DNA of 63,269 bases, the filler included, from Dicyema japonicum (taxonomy: Eukaryota > Animalia > Dicyemida), in NCBI GenBank assembly GCA_011109175.1. It is 8 parts of 8 records of this genome, joined end to end, with 100 filler letters (N's around TTAATTAATTAA, not from the genome) between each part and the next. Parts side by side here need not be neighbours in the genome. Positions count along the whole stretch, not along the records: positions 28,058 to 30,852 come from RDEW01000168.1; positions 30,953 to 34,934 come from RDEW01000253.1; positions 35,035 to 38,405 come from RDEW01000337.1; positions 38,506 to 45,846 come from RDEW01000116.1; 4 more parts are not named here. The stretch is one strand, 5' to 3'. The position numbers were made by a program, and so were the translations under genes. Shown piece after piece: positions 28,700 through 41,404 of the stretch. The notes under the pieces were generated by a model. That model was given only the letters and a program-made list of their open reading frames with translations. It was not told the DNA's origin and ran no database searches. Every line of letters starts with the position of its first letter. The stretch's first letter is position 1.

Positions 28700-30320
28700 A
28701 AATGGAAGTGAACTGTCCACAGTCAAACCTGCTAAAATCTACTTTAAATCTACCCACAACTATAAAAATAGACTTAAATAATTCGTTTGGTATCGATGGT
28801 GCAGAACTGGGAAAAGTCATTGTATTCTCTAATTATGATATTTCAAGATTAAAGGAATCTGGGGAGTGCTACCATTAATTATCGGAATCATAATTCTTGT
28901 TTTAGTTTTGTCCTATCTTTGCTGTTGCAGACCTAAGAAAATGTTAGAGGAAAAAGAGAATAGATCGGAATTTCTTGCCCATTCAATAATTTCGCTGGGA
29001 ATCGCGTATATTATAAAACAGCTTACATTCTCAGAATAATCTTTATATATGTTGGCTATTCTTTGATTATTCTCCAAAGCAACATCGATGATATCCAAAA
29101 ACCATATATTTCTATAATTTCCAGTTTGACCAACCTCACTGCACTAATTGTATGTATTTGTTTAATTTGTAATGAAATAGAATGAAAAAAACGAACTTGT
29201 TAAGGTTGTCATTTCAGATTCTTTTAAATCAACAACAAATATAATTGAAGATTCTAAATATGATGATTTCAAAAGTGCCCGGATAGACAATATTAAGGAT
29301 TTATTTTCAGACACTGAACGTAAAAGTAAAGAATTTAGCATCGGCGATATTGATTTGGAATCACTCGATCTTTCAAAATATGAAGAAATTCGAAAAACAA
29401 TAAATATATACATACATAAATACATGTATGTAATTTTTAGCTACCTAGTATTCCTTCTATAATGGGAATATTTTATACTTCAGCAATTTTCATCGTTTTG
29501 ATAGGGATCATAAAGTGGTTTAGGAAAAGAATCATTATTAAAATGTATTTTAATAATATTAATCACAAGATTATGTATATTTATGATTATTGTGGCATTA
29601 ATCTTATTGGTTATCGGATGTATATTTATAGCTGTATCAGTGGTGATGCGTATTAAATTAATAGTAGATTTTAGTAAATGCATGTCATCAAATAAATGTA
29701 TTTGTGAAACAAATTAGTAAGTGTAATAATTCCACTGATTTATAGATAATAGCCACATTACCAACTTATTCATATGTGACAATGCAACTCCGAATCCTAT
29801 CGTATATTCGAATATAACAAAATTAGATTTCCGGATTGAAAAAAATAGAAATTAGAAATTATTTTAATACGACTGAAATATCTTGTGATGACAGTAAATT
29901 TTTTACACCAAATTTCGTTGATCCAGACGGCGTTGAATTAGTTAATCCAGACCTCGTTGGATTAGATCCAGAAGTCGTTGAATCAATTTATAAATACAAA
30001 AATCTATGTTATGAATTTAGAAATAAGACATCAGTTATTTGAATAATTTAACTTTATATGAATTTAGGAACTAAAGGAAGAGACTATACAGAATCTTGAA
30101 AAAATTCTAAATGAAATTTTATCTAAAATGGAATTCTATTTAAGTTGCAGTGGAATCTCCGCATATATCATGGATTTGAAATGTACAATCTGCTCTATCT
30201 TTGCGTACTATTGAGACTGATATCTATTTAAGACAAAATATAATTATGTTAGGAATTATCTCGACTATTGGGGTCATTACATTTTTTCTAAACCTCCTTT
30301 TGACTCTTTAAATCTTAAAA
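28700..30320 (+). CDS. Candidate five-TM membrane protein (Tweety/prominin-like topology); exon structure only partly resolved
   Basis: Hydrophobic segments GVLPLIIGIIILVLVLSYLCCC, HSIISLGIAIIFIYVGYSLII, MGIFYTSAIFIVLIGII, IMYIYDYCGINLIGY and TIGVITFFLNLLLTL, spaced 2 + loop + 2 + loop + 1. Confidence 0.35.
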
Positions 30321-31315
30321 TAATCTATTAGTCTTTCTAACCACGTGTCTAATTTAATAGAAAACTAATTTTATTTTTTATACAAGTTATTTAATATTAA
30401 TTGAGAATCAATGGATAAAAAATGTCACCGGCCGTAGGATGGACGGCGCCGTTCGTTGGACACTTCAAAAAAATCAATAAATCTTAAAATCTATTAATTT
30501 TCCAACCTTAATTTTTTTCTAAGTCCCATTTCTAGCCATTGTTAACAGATTTCCGTTTAAAATTCCAGATTTCTTTCTTCCCAAAAACCAACTACAACTA
30601 ATTTTATATTGATTATTGGAAAAACGTTTGTGTCTATTTTCATTTTGGTTTACCAATATAAAATTAATATAATTTTAATAATTACTTTTTCAAATAATTA
30701 TATGTATTTTTCAAGTAGTAAGTCCAACCTAAACCAATTGGCGTACGGCCGGATTTTTTTGGAATCCAACTATTCCCCTATGCGGCCTTCGGCCGCGGTG
30801 TGTTGTTTTTAAAGTCCAACCTAAACCAATTGGCCTACGGCAGGATTTTTTTNNNNNNNNNNNNNNNNNNNNNNNNNNNNNNNNNNNNNNNNNNNNTTAA
30901 TTAATTAANNNNNNNNNNNNNNNNNNNNNNNNNNNNNNNNNNNNNNNNNNNNGGAAAAATTTAAAAATCCCGAATACCCAGATCACTGCCTTTGGCTCTC
31001 CATTAAAAAAAGGGATCTTAGTAACGTGAGACGAATTCATATCAATAACGTGCTTAAATATTTATCAACTTTAACTAAAAAATTAATATATATACTAAAA
31101 TATATACGATTTTATAATAATTAAGTAACCTTCAGCTTTAAAGTAATTTAAGCTCTTCAGTATAATTGAATATTAAAAAATATTAATTCATATAATAATG
31201 TATCAAAAAGAAATATTATTAATTATGATTTAATTATATCATATTTTAATTTGAAATTATTTTTATTAAAAAATAAAATTAAAATTATTGTTTAGAAATA
31301 TCTCGCGGACCCCAA

Positions 31316-31329
31316 GTTGAGAACCACTG
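31316..31329 (-). mobile_element. hAT-like terminal inverted repeat end
   Basis: The reverse complement CAGTGGTTCTCAAC resembles hAT MITE termini. Confidence 0.35.
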
Positions 31330-32559
31330 ATTTAAAATCTAAATTACCGCCTAGTGATGAGAGACGTGCAAGATCCTTTGAGGAAATATTGCACCACTTG
31401 AAAAAATAATTCTTGTCGGATGCAAGGGGTCAATAACATAGATATGGTTTCTCGTTATACAGACCTCATCAACCTGGACAAACTCGTTGGCTTCTCCCTT
31501 TTTAATTAATTTTTAATTAGTAACGAGTTTGTTATGTTAATAAAATTTTCAATCTATCATAAATTTTTCAAAATTTCTTCATATCCATAGCAATAAGATG
31601 TCTAATTTTTGTCTAAGCCATATTTGTATATTTGGAAGAGGCACCACATTTAAAAAATGAATATTTATTGGAATGTTGAGATTTTAGCAAAACGAATTTT
31701 TACTTTCTAAAATCTTCTTGATAACAATCATAAATTGATTCGTGCAATTCATAATGTCTTTTGACGGAGTAGGTTATTTAACGATTTTATCGTTGCGTGA
31801 CATATTAAACAATGTACTTTGCCATATGTATTTTAATCATTGCGAACGAGTTCCCTCGGAGTATGGCTATTCCAATCTTTTGTCGTAGCCATAACCCTTC
31901 TCGTTGATCCCTTAATACTAAAAATTTAAAATTTAATACTAAAATTTTAAAACAATTATTAAATGTATTATTAATAATAATTTTTTAATCTGATAATAAA
32001 TTTTTTGAAGCTGCAAAAAGAATCCCGGGGACCGCGTTTGATAACCATGATATAGAACATCTCTCTGATCTACAGGGATGGGTACGTGATGATTTAATCT
32101 GAAGTTAGCGCAGATACAGAAGTAATCATCAAATAATGTTCATATGGAAGTGGATGAAATCGCTCTGAACAGGTCTCAGACCATTGCCATTGAAAAGGTA
32201 ACGGAAATAAATGTATGAAATTACATTCTTTTTGTTTGAGGAGAGGAAACCACTATTAAACGCATAAATATAAAAATAATATTTAAACTAGAAATTAAGT
32301 AATTATATTTTTATGACTAATTTTTAATTTTTCTGAGGTTTTAATATGTGTCTAAAAAATTCAAATCTTTATTTTATATTTTGTATTGTAAAATGAATAA
32401 TGCCAAACTATTTTATTTAAAGCTTCTAAGATTATTTGTTAAACAAAATAGTTTGTTTTATAAGATGAAGTAGTTTTAAAAAGACGTTAAAAAAGCTGAC
32501 ATTATTTAATCCTCCGATTTGAATATGTTCATGCTCAATGGAGTTTATATTAAATATTT

Positions 32560-32870
32560 TTTTATTAATCTATGTTACGTTATCCGAATTCAGTCGTGTT
32601 TGACCCATGGAGATCTCATAAGTCAATTTTCTCCATTCTCGCCGATCCGTCGCTATTTGGAGTAGCCTTGATATGGGCATTTCCGTGACGACTTTATCCG
32701 TAGATATCCACCGAGTCATCGGTAGACCAGGTCTGCTCTTCCCAGTAATATTGCTCAGCATAATGGTTCTTTTTAGAGAATCAGAGCGGACAACATGCCC
32801 AAAGAACGTTAATCTGTGTTTTACGATTTTTACTTCTAGCAAAATGTCCGTCTCCATTTACCGTCAACAG
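32560..32870 (-). mobile_element. RTE (BovB-like) LINE 3' fragment, a different family
   Basis: HRLTFFGHVVRSDSLKRTIMLSNITGKSRPGLPMTRWI...ATDRREWR. Confidence 0.75.
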
Positions 32871-33627
32871 ACCAGACTTTTAATGTGAAACGAAAAGAAA
32901 TTTTCCATTAACCATCTTTCAATTTTGTAAATTTATGTTTTTAACTTTAATCGCATTAAATAGAATTTAAGGAGACTAAACTAACGTACTATGGAGTCTG
33001 CTCTATACTGAACCGGTAGGCCAAGACAAGAAAGAAAAGCCATTTGTAAGAATCCATCTCTTCATTCGACGAGAGACTATTCCGCTACCTGGTGACGAGA
33101 TCTGATAGAGCTTACTTTACGGGTAATATCCTCTTGATCGTAGCTTTTTATGAGGGTTCTAGTAGAATGAGTTGGAAAATTTTTTTGTCTTTCTTTTTCG
33201 GTGATCCCGGAGTTTTACATATATAAATAAATTTAGAAATCCCACTCATAAAAAGAGTTAACCGTTGTAAGATGAATATATTTTTACAATAATTTCGATA
33301 GTTTTCAAATAGATAGTAATATGATAAACTTTAAATCACAACTATTTTATTATTAAATAATATATTTAATGAATAATTAATTAACACTGCCATCCATCCA
33401 AAGTGGACCCCGCTGACATTATCGACGTTGCGTTGCCACTCACGATTGCAACAGACAAACACAAGTAAAGATTAAAATGATGTTCTACCACAATTATCTA
33501 AGACTATAATAAACAGAATTATTTGTTAAAATTAAATAAAAATTGATAAGTTTATTAAATTTAATAAATTATTATTTTCTTTTTATGTATAAAATTTTGA
33601 TTCATAATTAGAACAATTGCTATAATA

Positions 33628-34456
33628 ATGCTCCAATTACTAGGTTTATAAAATAAATTAATTATAGTAATATATATGTGTTCAGTAAGCAATGGAAATA
33701 TTTTGTGAAATGTTGATACTTTTGAAAAGTTGTACGATGATGTACCAGTGTGGGGTGTATCATGAACAACCAAGCTGTATCGTTATTTAGAGGAATAATT
33801 GAAGTTGAATATAAAATTAATAATATTGTAATCACATTATATTTAATAAAAGATTAAATATGAACATTTAATTGACGCATTTTTTAATTTTATATAATTT
33901 CAAAAATTAAATGTTGAACTTAGATGGAAAAAAATGATATAGGACTCAGAATAGTGACTTACAGTAAATCAAATGATATATATGTTTATTGGGGACTCAG
34001 ATTTAACTCTGATGCTCGAGATAAAACTAGTGAACCATGGAAAATGACATCTAACGGATATTATGACTGTAGTGAAATAGTTGAACTATTCCTAACTATG
34101 CAACTATAAAAATATAATACATGAAAATGCAACTATTTAAAACAGATAATAAGACAATATTTACTGGAAATGGTAATTATTATTACTAACATTTAGATCT
34201 CGGATGTATCTTTGTAAAATCTGAAAATCACAAATTTTATTCAACAACACATTTAAATAAAACATTAAAAAACGCTACAACTCCAATTAATTTACAATGC
34301 ATGGTGCTCGAAATTCAATCAGCTCTCATGCAATCAGTAAATTTTGTGTTAAATTTAGAAAACCAATATATAATAGCTGTTTGTGTAATTGGTAAAATTG
34401 ATGTAATATTTGCTCTGGCTTACATAAAAAAATATCACAGAAGGCGTTATTATTAA
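33628..34456 (+). pseudogene. LAMP-like type I membrane protein paralog, probably a pseudogene
   Basis: SLFRGIIEVEY, NGYYDCSE, MKMQLFKTDNKTIFTGN|DLGC and the TM/tail YIIAVCVIGKIDVIFALAYIKKYHRRRYY*. Has in-frame stops and a frameshift near 34090-34115, and charged residues in the TM. Confidence 0.5.
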
Positions 34457-35034
34457 TTAGGGATTGGAATATTCAATTATTAATCTTCTTATATTATAAT
34501 AATTACTTGATAATTATCTTATATTAGTGCTCATCAAATTTGTGGTTTCGATTCGGTGGCGTTAAAACTCTCTCGAGTTGGTAAAAATGTTGAAAGGAAA
34601 AAAGAAAGGTCATTTGCGTTACCTGATGGTATGAATGTAATTCTTGCCATATCCGAGAGCGTTGTGGCAGCTGATTCAAAAGAATGTGCGAGGCAGGTAG
34701 TCCTGCAGGTACGTAGCAGGCCATCCCGAATTCCCTGGAATGGTTGGCCATATTTGGTGGAATTCTGCAGTGGCAGATTCAATACTGCTAAATCTGTGAG
34801 TGAACTCAAAAAAATGGCTTTAGGCAAAAAAGTACTGGTCTAAAGGGGCGGGGACAATGACCACAACTGTCAAAGAGAGAGCTGTGATACGTTGCAGCTC
34901 AAGCATGTTTATGAGATCTTTGCGCGGAATCTCGNNNNNNNNNNNNNNNNNNNNNNNNNNNNNNNNNNNNNNNNNNNNTTAATTAATTAANNNNNNNNNN
35001 NNNNNNNNNNNNNNNNNNNNNNNNNNNNNNNNNN

Positions 35035-35941
35035 ATAGGTTATTAAAAATAAAATAAAATTAGTAATATTTTCGAGTTTTATCGTCAGTAACTCAATAAT
35101 GAGTGAATATAAAATATCTGTAATAATGAATAATGATATTCCTACGTATATTGTTGAAAAAAGCCATAAGACTGTAGTAATATTTAGTGGGAAAATTGAT
35201 GTTGCATACAATACCACAAATAAAACAGTAATCTTATAATACTAATAAAAGATGCATGAAAATTTGAACAACGCGAATTTTAGTTTCGAATATAATAATG
35301 ATATTTTAAAACTTTCATGGAATAAAAATAATATGACATTTAGATTATTCGCTTTTTTCATTTTACATTATTTTTTTCTTAGTTGGCAGTTTTTAATGTC
35401 AAATAAAAGTAATGCTAGTCGTTTAATCGTTAATTTTAGTTGTGAGGGCGAAAGGACTTTTATACAATATTCCAGTAACCGACTATTTTAGTTGTCATGA
35501 TCTACATATAAGGGAATATGGATATGTTTTTATCAATATTACAGAAATGAAGATGCAATTAAACAAATATAATCCGAAATTTTATGGAAGCCGTAAATTT
35601 AAAAATTAACTGTGATTTAGCAGTCAATTGTATTGCTTCTGATGCCAAATATGACGAAATGATCAAAAATGAAGAAATTAATAGAAAAAGTTAATTATAA
35701 GTTATTGAGATTTTTTACCAGATCGCGAACATTCGAAATTGAAAGTTAATGAAATCAGCTCATCGAGTAAACCACATACAATTCATAGATCACGAATAGG
35801 TAGCGGTAAATAAATTATATAAATTTAGTAATCAAGTGCATAGCAATTTCCACATGTGCGATTATTGGAATTATACAGACCTTTGTGATTATTTACATAA
35901 AAATATATAAAAGTCGGAGATATACTTTATTATTGATTTAA
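35035..35941 (+). CDS. LAMP-like type I membrane protein (one luminal domain; start lies in the gap)
   Basis: Open frame across five micro-introns: VIFSGKIDVAYNT...IPVTDYFSCHDLHIREYGYVFINITEMKMQLNKYNPKFYGS|PVNCIASD...CIAISTCAIIGIIQTFVIIYIKIYKSRRYTLLLI*. The tail has a YxxPhi motif. Confidence 0.6.
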
Positions 35942-36778
35942 ACTTATAAATTATAATATTCTGGGTTATGTTTTCTTAAATATTTCAATTTCAGAATATT
36001 ATAGACTGTTTGTATTGCTATATGTAAGTGTACTATGGAATNNNNNNNNNNNNNNNNNNNNNNNNNNNNNNNNNNNNNNNNNNNNNNNNNNNNNNNNNNN
36101 NNNNNNNNNNNNNNNNNNNNNNNNNNNNNNNNNNNNNNNNNNNNNNNNNNNNNNNNNNNNNNNNNNNNNNNNNNNNNNNNNNNNNNNNNNNNNNNNNNNN
36201 NNNNNNNNNNNNNNNNNNNNNNNNNNNNNNNNNNNNNNNNNNNNNNNNNNNNNNNNNNNNNNNNNNNNNNNNNNNNNNNNNNNNNNNNNNNNNNNNNNNN
36301 NNNNNNNNNNNNNNNNNNNNNNNNNNNNNNNNNNNNNNNNNNNNNNNNNNNNNNNNNNNNNNNNNNNNNNNNNNNNNNNNNNNNNNNNNNNNNNNNNNNN
36401 NNNNNNNNNNNNNNNNNNNNNNNNNNNNNNNNNNNNNNNNNNNNNNNNNNNNNNNNNNNNNNNNNNNNNNNNNNNNNNNNNNNNNNNNNNNNNNNNNNNN
36501 NNNNNNNNNNNNNNNNNNNNNNNNNNNNNNNNNNNNNNNNNNNNNNNNNNNNNNNNNNNNNNNNNNNNNNNNNNNNNNNNNNNNNNNNNNNNNNNNNNNN
36601 NNNNNNNNNNNNNNNNNNNNNNNNNNNNNNNNNNNNNNNNNNNNNNNNNNNNNNNNNNNNNNNNNNNNNNNNNNNNNNNNNNNNNNNNNNNNNNNNNNNN
36701 NNNNNNNNNNNNNNNNNNNNNNNNNNNNNNNNNNNNNNNNNNNNNNNNNNNNNNNNNNTTTAACAAAATATAATAAAG

Positions 36779-37411
36779 TTGTCAGTCAGCGTCTCACTAT
36801 TCTGATGTCCAAAACTGCTCTCATTGCAATTCAGAGACCACCGCTATAAACTGCATTGAGGTATCCGACGACTAACTTTGAGGTCGCCCACTGCTTTCTT
36901 TTGGGGACTAAATACTCCTGTTTGCTAAGACCAGAATCTCGAGACGTCGTAATGGGCTCATATGGAATTGGTATTGGCAGGTTGATGGCGACCTGTGTGG
37001 AAGCTGATAAAGGAACTAATATTGTATGGCCAAACATGTTGCAGCCTTTTAAACTCTGTTTGTTAACTCAAAAGGTGTGTTTTTTGTAATTTTAGAAAGG
37101 CTATATGTTTGAGAGAATGAGGGATCGATTATTCAGTTTGGACAAGGAAATCAAAGAATCAGTGCCTTCGTTGGTGGGAGAAATTGTCCTTGATGATAGG
37201 GATCATGTTTCCATTGGATACCGGCTTAGTGAATATACTAGATTTGGAATATGTAGACACGTGGTTGTTGTTAATATTAAAGTATACACTTCGTTTGATT
37301 TTATAGAGCTTATCAGAGTCTATGTTTGAGTTCATTGACCTTGCTTACCCTAGAATAATTCACAGTTTGTCCTATAATGAACTTGTTAATGTCTTGTCTG
37401 ATTTGTTCTGA
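36779..37411 (+). CDS. PARS2: Mitochondrial/bacterial-type prolyl-tRNA synthetase, 3' part
   Basis: CSHCN...IE|VAHCFLLGTKYS, motif 3 MGSYGIGIGRLMA, VWP..LQPF and the anticodon-binding LDDRDHVSIGYRL. Introns of 22, 21 and 25 nt. The 5' part lies in the gap. Confidence 0.85.
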
Positions 37412-38689
37412 TTATTAAAATTATGTTTATGAGAACTTTATTTTTTTCTCTTTGACCCAGTGATCCTGGTGTAATAATAATAATATGCCATATAACTTTC
37501 TTCAATGACAATCTAAAATCTTATCATTTTAACTTAAATTGATTGATTTCTTTTGATAATTTAGAGAATTTATTCACCTTTGTTGTTCAACCTGCACCAA
37601 TGAGTACGGGATTGTTGAATTAATTTAATTTATTGATCCTGGAGACACCGAGAAAAGGTTAATAGTCAACAATTAATTTGTATGGTTCCCACAATCACAA
37701 AACCATAAAGTCCTTCTTTGCAGAAACAAAGGAAACAGGAACCATAGTATCTCGTGAAATTTTCTTAAAAGAGAGTAGGAAGGGTTGTTATAATAGTGTG
37801 GGATGCAAACAAGTAGTTCTTCATCTGATTGAATTTAGTTTATTGGGTTTAGAGATCTCAATGATGATCTCAATCCTTGACTGCTACAAGATCATCACAA
37901 GCATATTCAATTGTTGGAAAAATGACCTGGATGGAAGAGCCTTTAATTGCCTTTAATATATTCAACATCCGGAATCCCTTTGTTTAAATAAAATTTATAT
38001 ACTAAAAAAAAGCATCTACGATTCTATATCACATAACGAGAAAAATCTGTGTGAGAGTATTAGAGGAAAATCTGGTGTACGATTACTACTTGGGAGTCTT
38101 GTTTGGATACAATGGGTATTTACAAAAAAAAGATATTGAACTGAAGAAAAATGGTCCTATCAAACTTTGTTACGTCTCCACAAGATGAAGATTGGAAACA
38201 AACTATAATGTTATTCTCCCAGGGTAGTTCCCTTATTTACTGATGTGACAGATGATTTTTACTCAGTAGAAAAAAAACACCACCACATTGGTATTGGAAA
38301 CAAATAAAGAGAGCAGCTACTAAACTTGTTCTTCAGGTCAGCCCAGATGCAGATTTTAGTAAAAAAAGCTTGTCAAAAATATTAGAGACAGGGAGAAACG
38401 AATATNNNNNNNNNNNNNNNNNNNNNNNNNNNNNNNNNNNNNNNNNNNNTTAATTAATTAANNNNNNNNNNNNNNNNNNNNNNNNNNNNNNNNNNNNNNN
38501 NNNNNAAAAAAATTCTGATGAAGTAAAACTGGAGGATAACTCAGAATCGCCCATGCAAATTGATAACCGAAGACAAGGATCAATTTTGCCCCCTGAATGG
38601 CTCTAAGAGAAGAAGGTTGTGCATAGAGTCGACAGACAAATATTGAAGATTCAAGATTAGATGGTTTCTCGATCTATTCGGATTTTTAG

Positions 38690-38960
38690 TGCGATCAAAA
38701 TCAGAAAACGTATTTTGTAATTTTATTGATGAAGTTGGCTTCTCTATAATAACCAGGTCGAAAATAAGTCGATCTAAAGCATGGATTTCGCTTTATGCTA
38801 GGTTAGCAGCTGCTAGAAGTCGTAACATCTCTGTTTTGGCAGCTATGAATAAATGTGGAATGATTTTCCATAAAATTTATGATCATGTTCTTAATGGTGA
38901 GAATTTCAAGCGAGGTTTGATAGAAATTATTTAATCTTTTAAAGTAAAAAACATTGAATG
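38690..38960 (+). mobile_element. IS630/Tc1-like transposase fragment
   Basis: FIDEVGFS...RSRNISVLAAMNKCGMIFHKIYDHVLNGENF. Confidence 0.65.
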
Positions 38961-39132
38961 TGTATTAAGCTGTATTTTCATATCCGCCAATTTCTCGAAT
39001 CCGCCGCATTTTTAGAAATATATTTTTTTTTATTTTCTTAATTATTTTTATTTTTTTAATTCAAAAACACTTTTACACGAGACATTATCATTTTTTTGTT
39101 TTGTTAGTCCGATTAATAATAATGAAACGTAA

Positions 39133-39766
39133 TTGTACAAGATTGAAAAATTCCNCTTTAAAAATTTTAGCTACCGATGTTTTGTAACCTATCATAATTC
39201 AAAAAAAGCATGGATGGATTCCAAGTTATTCAAAACATTTTTGTTAAAAAGGGATATCAGGTTAGCTAAAGAAAAACGCAGAATACTACTCGTAATTGAC
39301 CAATGTCCATCTTACAAGATTTTTACAAATTTACAGTAAATTGAAATAATGTTTTTGCCGGAGAATGCTACATGTTTTTTACAGCCGATGGACCAAGGAG
39401 TCATTAAGACATTCAAGACCCTATTCAACAAATTCAAATTTCTTGAAATTATTGAAAAAATTGAACTCGGAAAATCATCATCNAAAATCCAGGGATTTCG
39501 CTTACAAGAGTGTCCGCTATCTTTTCCGAAATATTCAAAAGTGTTATTTCAAGACGATCCTTAAACGACCTTAGGAGCAAAAGGAATGTATCCACCTTGC
39601 TTTTTTCAGGATTATCTCGAAATCTATATTTGAAGTTCGATGAAATCGATGAGAATACCATGTCATGGATTGAAATGATGGAAACCAGAGGAGCAATTCT
39701 TAATGATTCGATTATTCTTACAAAGGCTGAGGACTTTGCAAAGAAACGTCAAATAACTGATTTTAA
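39133..39766 (+). mobile_element. pogo/Tigger transposase fragments (DDE domain and CENP-B-type HTH)
   Basis: NSKKAWMDSKLF, ILLVIDQC and FLPENATCFLQPMDQGVIKTFK. After the n at 39483: WIEMMETRGAILNDSIILTKAEDFA. Confidence 0.85.
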
Positions 39767-40716
39767 NNNNNNNNNNNNNNNNNNNNNNNNNNNNNNNNNN
39801 NNNNNNNNNNNNNNNNNNNNNNNNNNNNNNNNNNNNNNNNNNNNNNNNNNNNNNNNNNNNNNNNNNNNNNNNNNNNNNNNNNNNNNNNNNNNNNNNNNNN
39901 NNNNNNNNNNNNNNNNNNNNNNNNNNNNNNNNNNNNNNNNNNNNNNNNNNNNNNNNNNNNNNNNNNNNNNNNNNNNNNNNNNNNNNNNNNNNNNNNNNNN
40001 NNNNNNNNNNNNNNNNNNNNNNNNNNNNNNNNNNNNNNNNNNNNNNNNNNNNNNNNNNNNNNNNNNNNNNNNNNNNNNNNNNNNNNNNNNNNNNNNNNNN
40101 NNNNNNNNNNNNNNNNNNNNNNNNNNNNNNNNNNNNNNNNNNNNNNNNNNNNNNNNNNNNNNNNNNNNNNNNNNNNNNNNNNNNNNNNNNNNNNNNNNNN
40201 NNNNNNNNNNNNNNNNNNNNNNNNNNNNNNNNNNNNNNNNNNNNNNNNNNNNNNNNNNNNNNNNNNNNNNNNNNNNNNNNNNNNNNNNNNNNNNNNNNNN
40301 NNNNNNNNNNNNNNNNNNNNNNNNNNNNNNNNNNNNNNNNNNNNNNNNNNNNNNNNNNNNNNNNNNNNNNNNNNNNNNNNNNNNNNNNNNNNNNNNNNNN
40401 NNNNNNNNNNNNNNNNNNNNNNNNNNNNNNNNNNNNNNNNNNNNNNNNNNNNNNNNNNNNNNNNNNNNNNNNNNNNNNNNNNNNNNNNNNNNNNNNNNNN
40501 NNNNNNNNNNNNNNNNNNNNNNNNNNNNNNNNNNNNNNNNNNNNNNNNNNNNNNNNNNNNNNNNNNNNNNNNNNNNNNNNNNNNNNNNNNNNNNNNNNNN
40601 NNNNNNNNNNNNNNNNNNNNNNNNNNNNNNNNNNNNNNNNNNNNNNNNNAACAGAGATGATATAATGAGACACATAAAGCAAATAATAAAACAACATCAA
40701 ATGTAAGTTTTAGACA

Positions 40717-41207
40717 TTAATAATCGTCTTCTTCAAACGATAGAAGTCGCTGATTTTGAACTTTACTTGTATTAGACGTAGAAACCTCAGACGATATTTC
40801 CCTTTTCTTATTTAACTTTCCATTATATAAATCAACAAAATTCCGCTTTCCGTGTGATTTGGTGATATTCAGAGATTCCTCGTCTTTTCTTCTGTCGATG
40901 CTGGGCTTCTTAAAAATAACCTTTTCTTCTAAAAATTAACTATAAAAATAACGTCTTGAATGTATATCCTTAACAAGCTGGGTTGCCTCATCCTGATTTA
41001 ATTTACATTCAGATTCCTCGAAAGCAATTTGTGGGAGCTCGTCATCCCGCTCCCCATAATCACCATATTCTAGTGTTGACCTCTGAAATATTAGCAATGA
41101 AATGCCTTGACTGACGAATCATCCGGGGGTTGGTAGCCAATACGTTTTTTAATGTCAGAAAGAAAGGCTGGCTCATTTTGAGAAATAAAATTAATTTTTC
41201 TAGACAT
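40717..41207 (-). CDS. KIAA1143: KIAA1143 / DUF4604 homolog
   Basis: MSRKINFISQNEPAFLSDIKKRIGY...DELPQI...VIFKKP...VQNQRLLSFEEDDY* matches my recollection of human KIAA1143 (EPAFLARFKERVGY...KNSSLLSFDNED). Two micro-introns. Confidence 0.8.
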
Positions 41208-41404
41208 TTTTACTGCGAATTGATTCTCAAATAGTATTAAAAAATAATTAGTTATTAAGTACAACCTCAAACCTCGAACTACAATAGAATTCAAATTCTT
41301 ATAATTAAATATTTTGTTAATTTTTTAAATAATTTAATAAATAATTAAACACGTTGAAAGGAATTGTTCTTTACTGTTGTTCATTTTTAAATCAATACAA
41401 GCGA
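41208..41404. promoter_or_regulatory. Putative bidirectional promoter
   Basis: 197 bp of AT-rich sequence between the divergent ATGs of KIAA1143 and NIP7. Confidence 0.45.

Noticed and set aside
34556-34843. ORF with ERSFALPDG resembling actin EKSYELPDG
   Set aside because: No other actin motifs in any frame; the identity of this GC-richer segment is unresolved.
39133-39766. Transposase with the DDE domain upstream of the HTH domain
   Set aside because: The two pieces are separated by a single n at 39483, so they are separate fragments or misordered contigs.
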